From: Scyliorhinus canicula
Taxonomy: Eukaryota
Direction: 5' to 3'
NCBI RefSeq assembly: GCF_902713615.1
Contig: NC_052166.1
Coordinates: 66,178,406-66,242,405 of the forward strand
DNA: 64,000 nt
Part shown: one piece after another, positions 63,221 through 64,000 of the stretch
Layout: each line of letters starts with the position of its first letter
Numbering within the stretch: the stretch's first letter is position 1
Made by a program: the position numbers and the translations under genes
Notes under the pieces: model-generated
What the model was told of the DNA's origin: nothing
The model's input: the letters and a program-made list of their open reading frames with translations, nothing else
The model's database searches: none

Positions 63221-64000
63221 ATGAATGATTTCTTGTGGCTAATAATTGCGAGAGCAGTGGCCTCTTTGCTTTAACACAATTTATTTTATGCAAAAGCTCG
63301 CACACAATGTTCAAGCACATTTTCTTTCCATATTGTGCCATTCGGTTAGCTTTACACTCTTCCCTTGTGGGTTGGAGAATCTTTGTCCTCTCTCAATGAG
63401 CAAGACTTTCCACCAGGAGCAAAGGATAACTGATTTTACCCTATATTGCCATATCATCACTGTCTTCAGAAAAGAGTGAGTAGGGCGGCAGGGTAGCACA
63501 AGTGGTTAGCACAGTTGCTTCACAGCGTCAGGGTTCCGGGTTCGATTCCCGGCTTGGGTCAGTGTCTGCGGAGTCTGCACGTTAGAAACATAGACAGAGA
63601 ACAGTACAGCACAGAACAGGCCCTTCGGCCCTCGATGTTGTGCCGAGCAATGATCACCCTACTCAATCCCACGTATCCACCCTATACCAGTAACCCAACA
63701 ACCCCCATTAACCTTATATTTTTTAGGACACTAAGGGCAATTTAGCCTGGCCAATCCACCTAACCCGCACATCTTTGGACTGTGGGAGGAAACCGGAGCA
63801 CCCGGAGGAAACCCACGCACACATGGGGAGGACGTGCAGACTCCGCACAGACAGTGACCCAGCCGGGAATCGAACCTGGGACCCTGGAGCTGTGAAGCAT
63901 TTATGCTAACCACCATGCTACCGTGCTGCCCAAGTTCTCCCTGTGTCTGCGTGGGTTTCCTCCGGGTGCTCCAGTTTCCTCCCACAAGTCCCGAAGGACG

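Overview
Vertebrate (cartilaginous fish, shark/catshark-like) genomic DNA, identified by dense HE1/V-SINE-type repeats and spliced genes. The window holds three host genes. BBLN (C9orf16, bublin; 2 coding exons, minus strand) lies head-to-head with PTGES2 (7 coding exons, plus strand, 373 aa, CPFC motif). The 5' part of ODF2/cenexin follows (plus strand; CpG-island promoter with an RFX X-box and an ETS-CRE motif, at least 8 coding exons, running off the window). The most striking region is the 8.7-kb BBLN intron. It holds a complete 4,951-bp hAT (Tip100/ZMYM1-like) DNA transposon with perfect 16-bp TIRs, a perfect 8-bp TSD and an uninterrupted 842-aa transposase. That element carries a nested 5'-truncated L1 with a 15-bp TSD. 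The same intron also has a 33-bp SINE-derived minisatellite and a ~1.9-kb G-rich satellite. A splice acceptor just upstream of the transposase ATG would join BBLN exon 1 in frame to the transposase. Other notable items are a minimal hammerhead-ribozyme motif in an inverted-repeat (Penelope-like) relic, a short A-tailed V-SINE family with L1-type 12-15 bp TSDs, and relics of pogo, Gypsy, L1, CR1 and L2 elements. Most short ORFs in the track are SINE- or satellite-derived noise. All identifications are by eye, without database searches.
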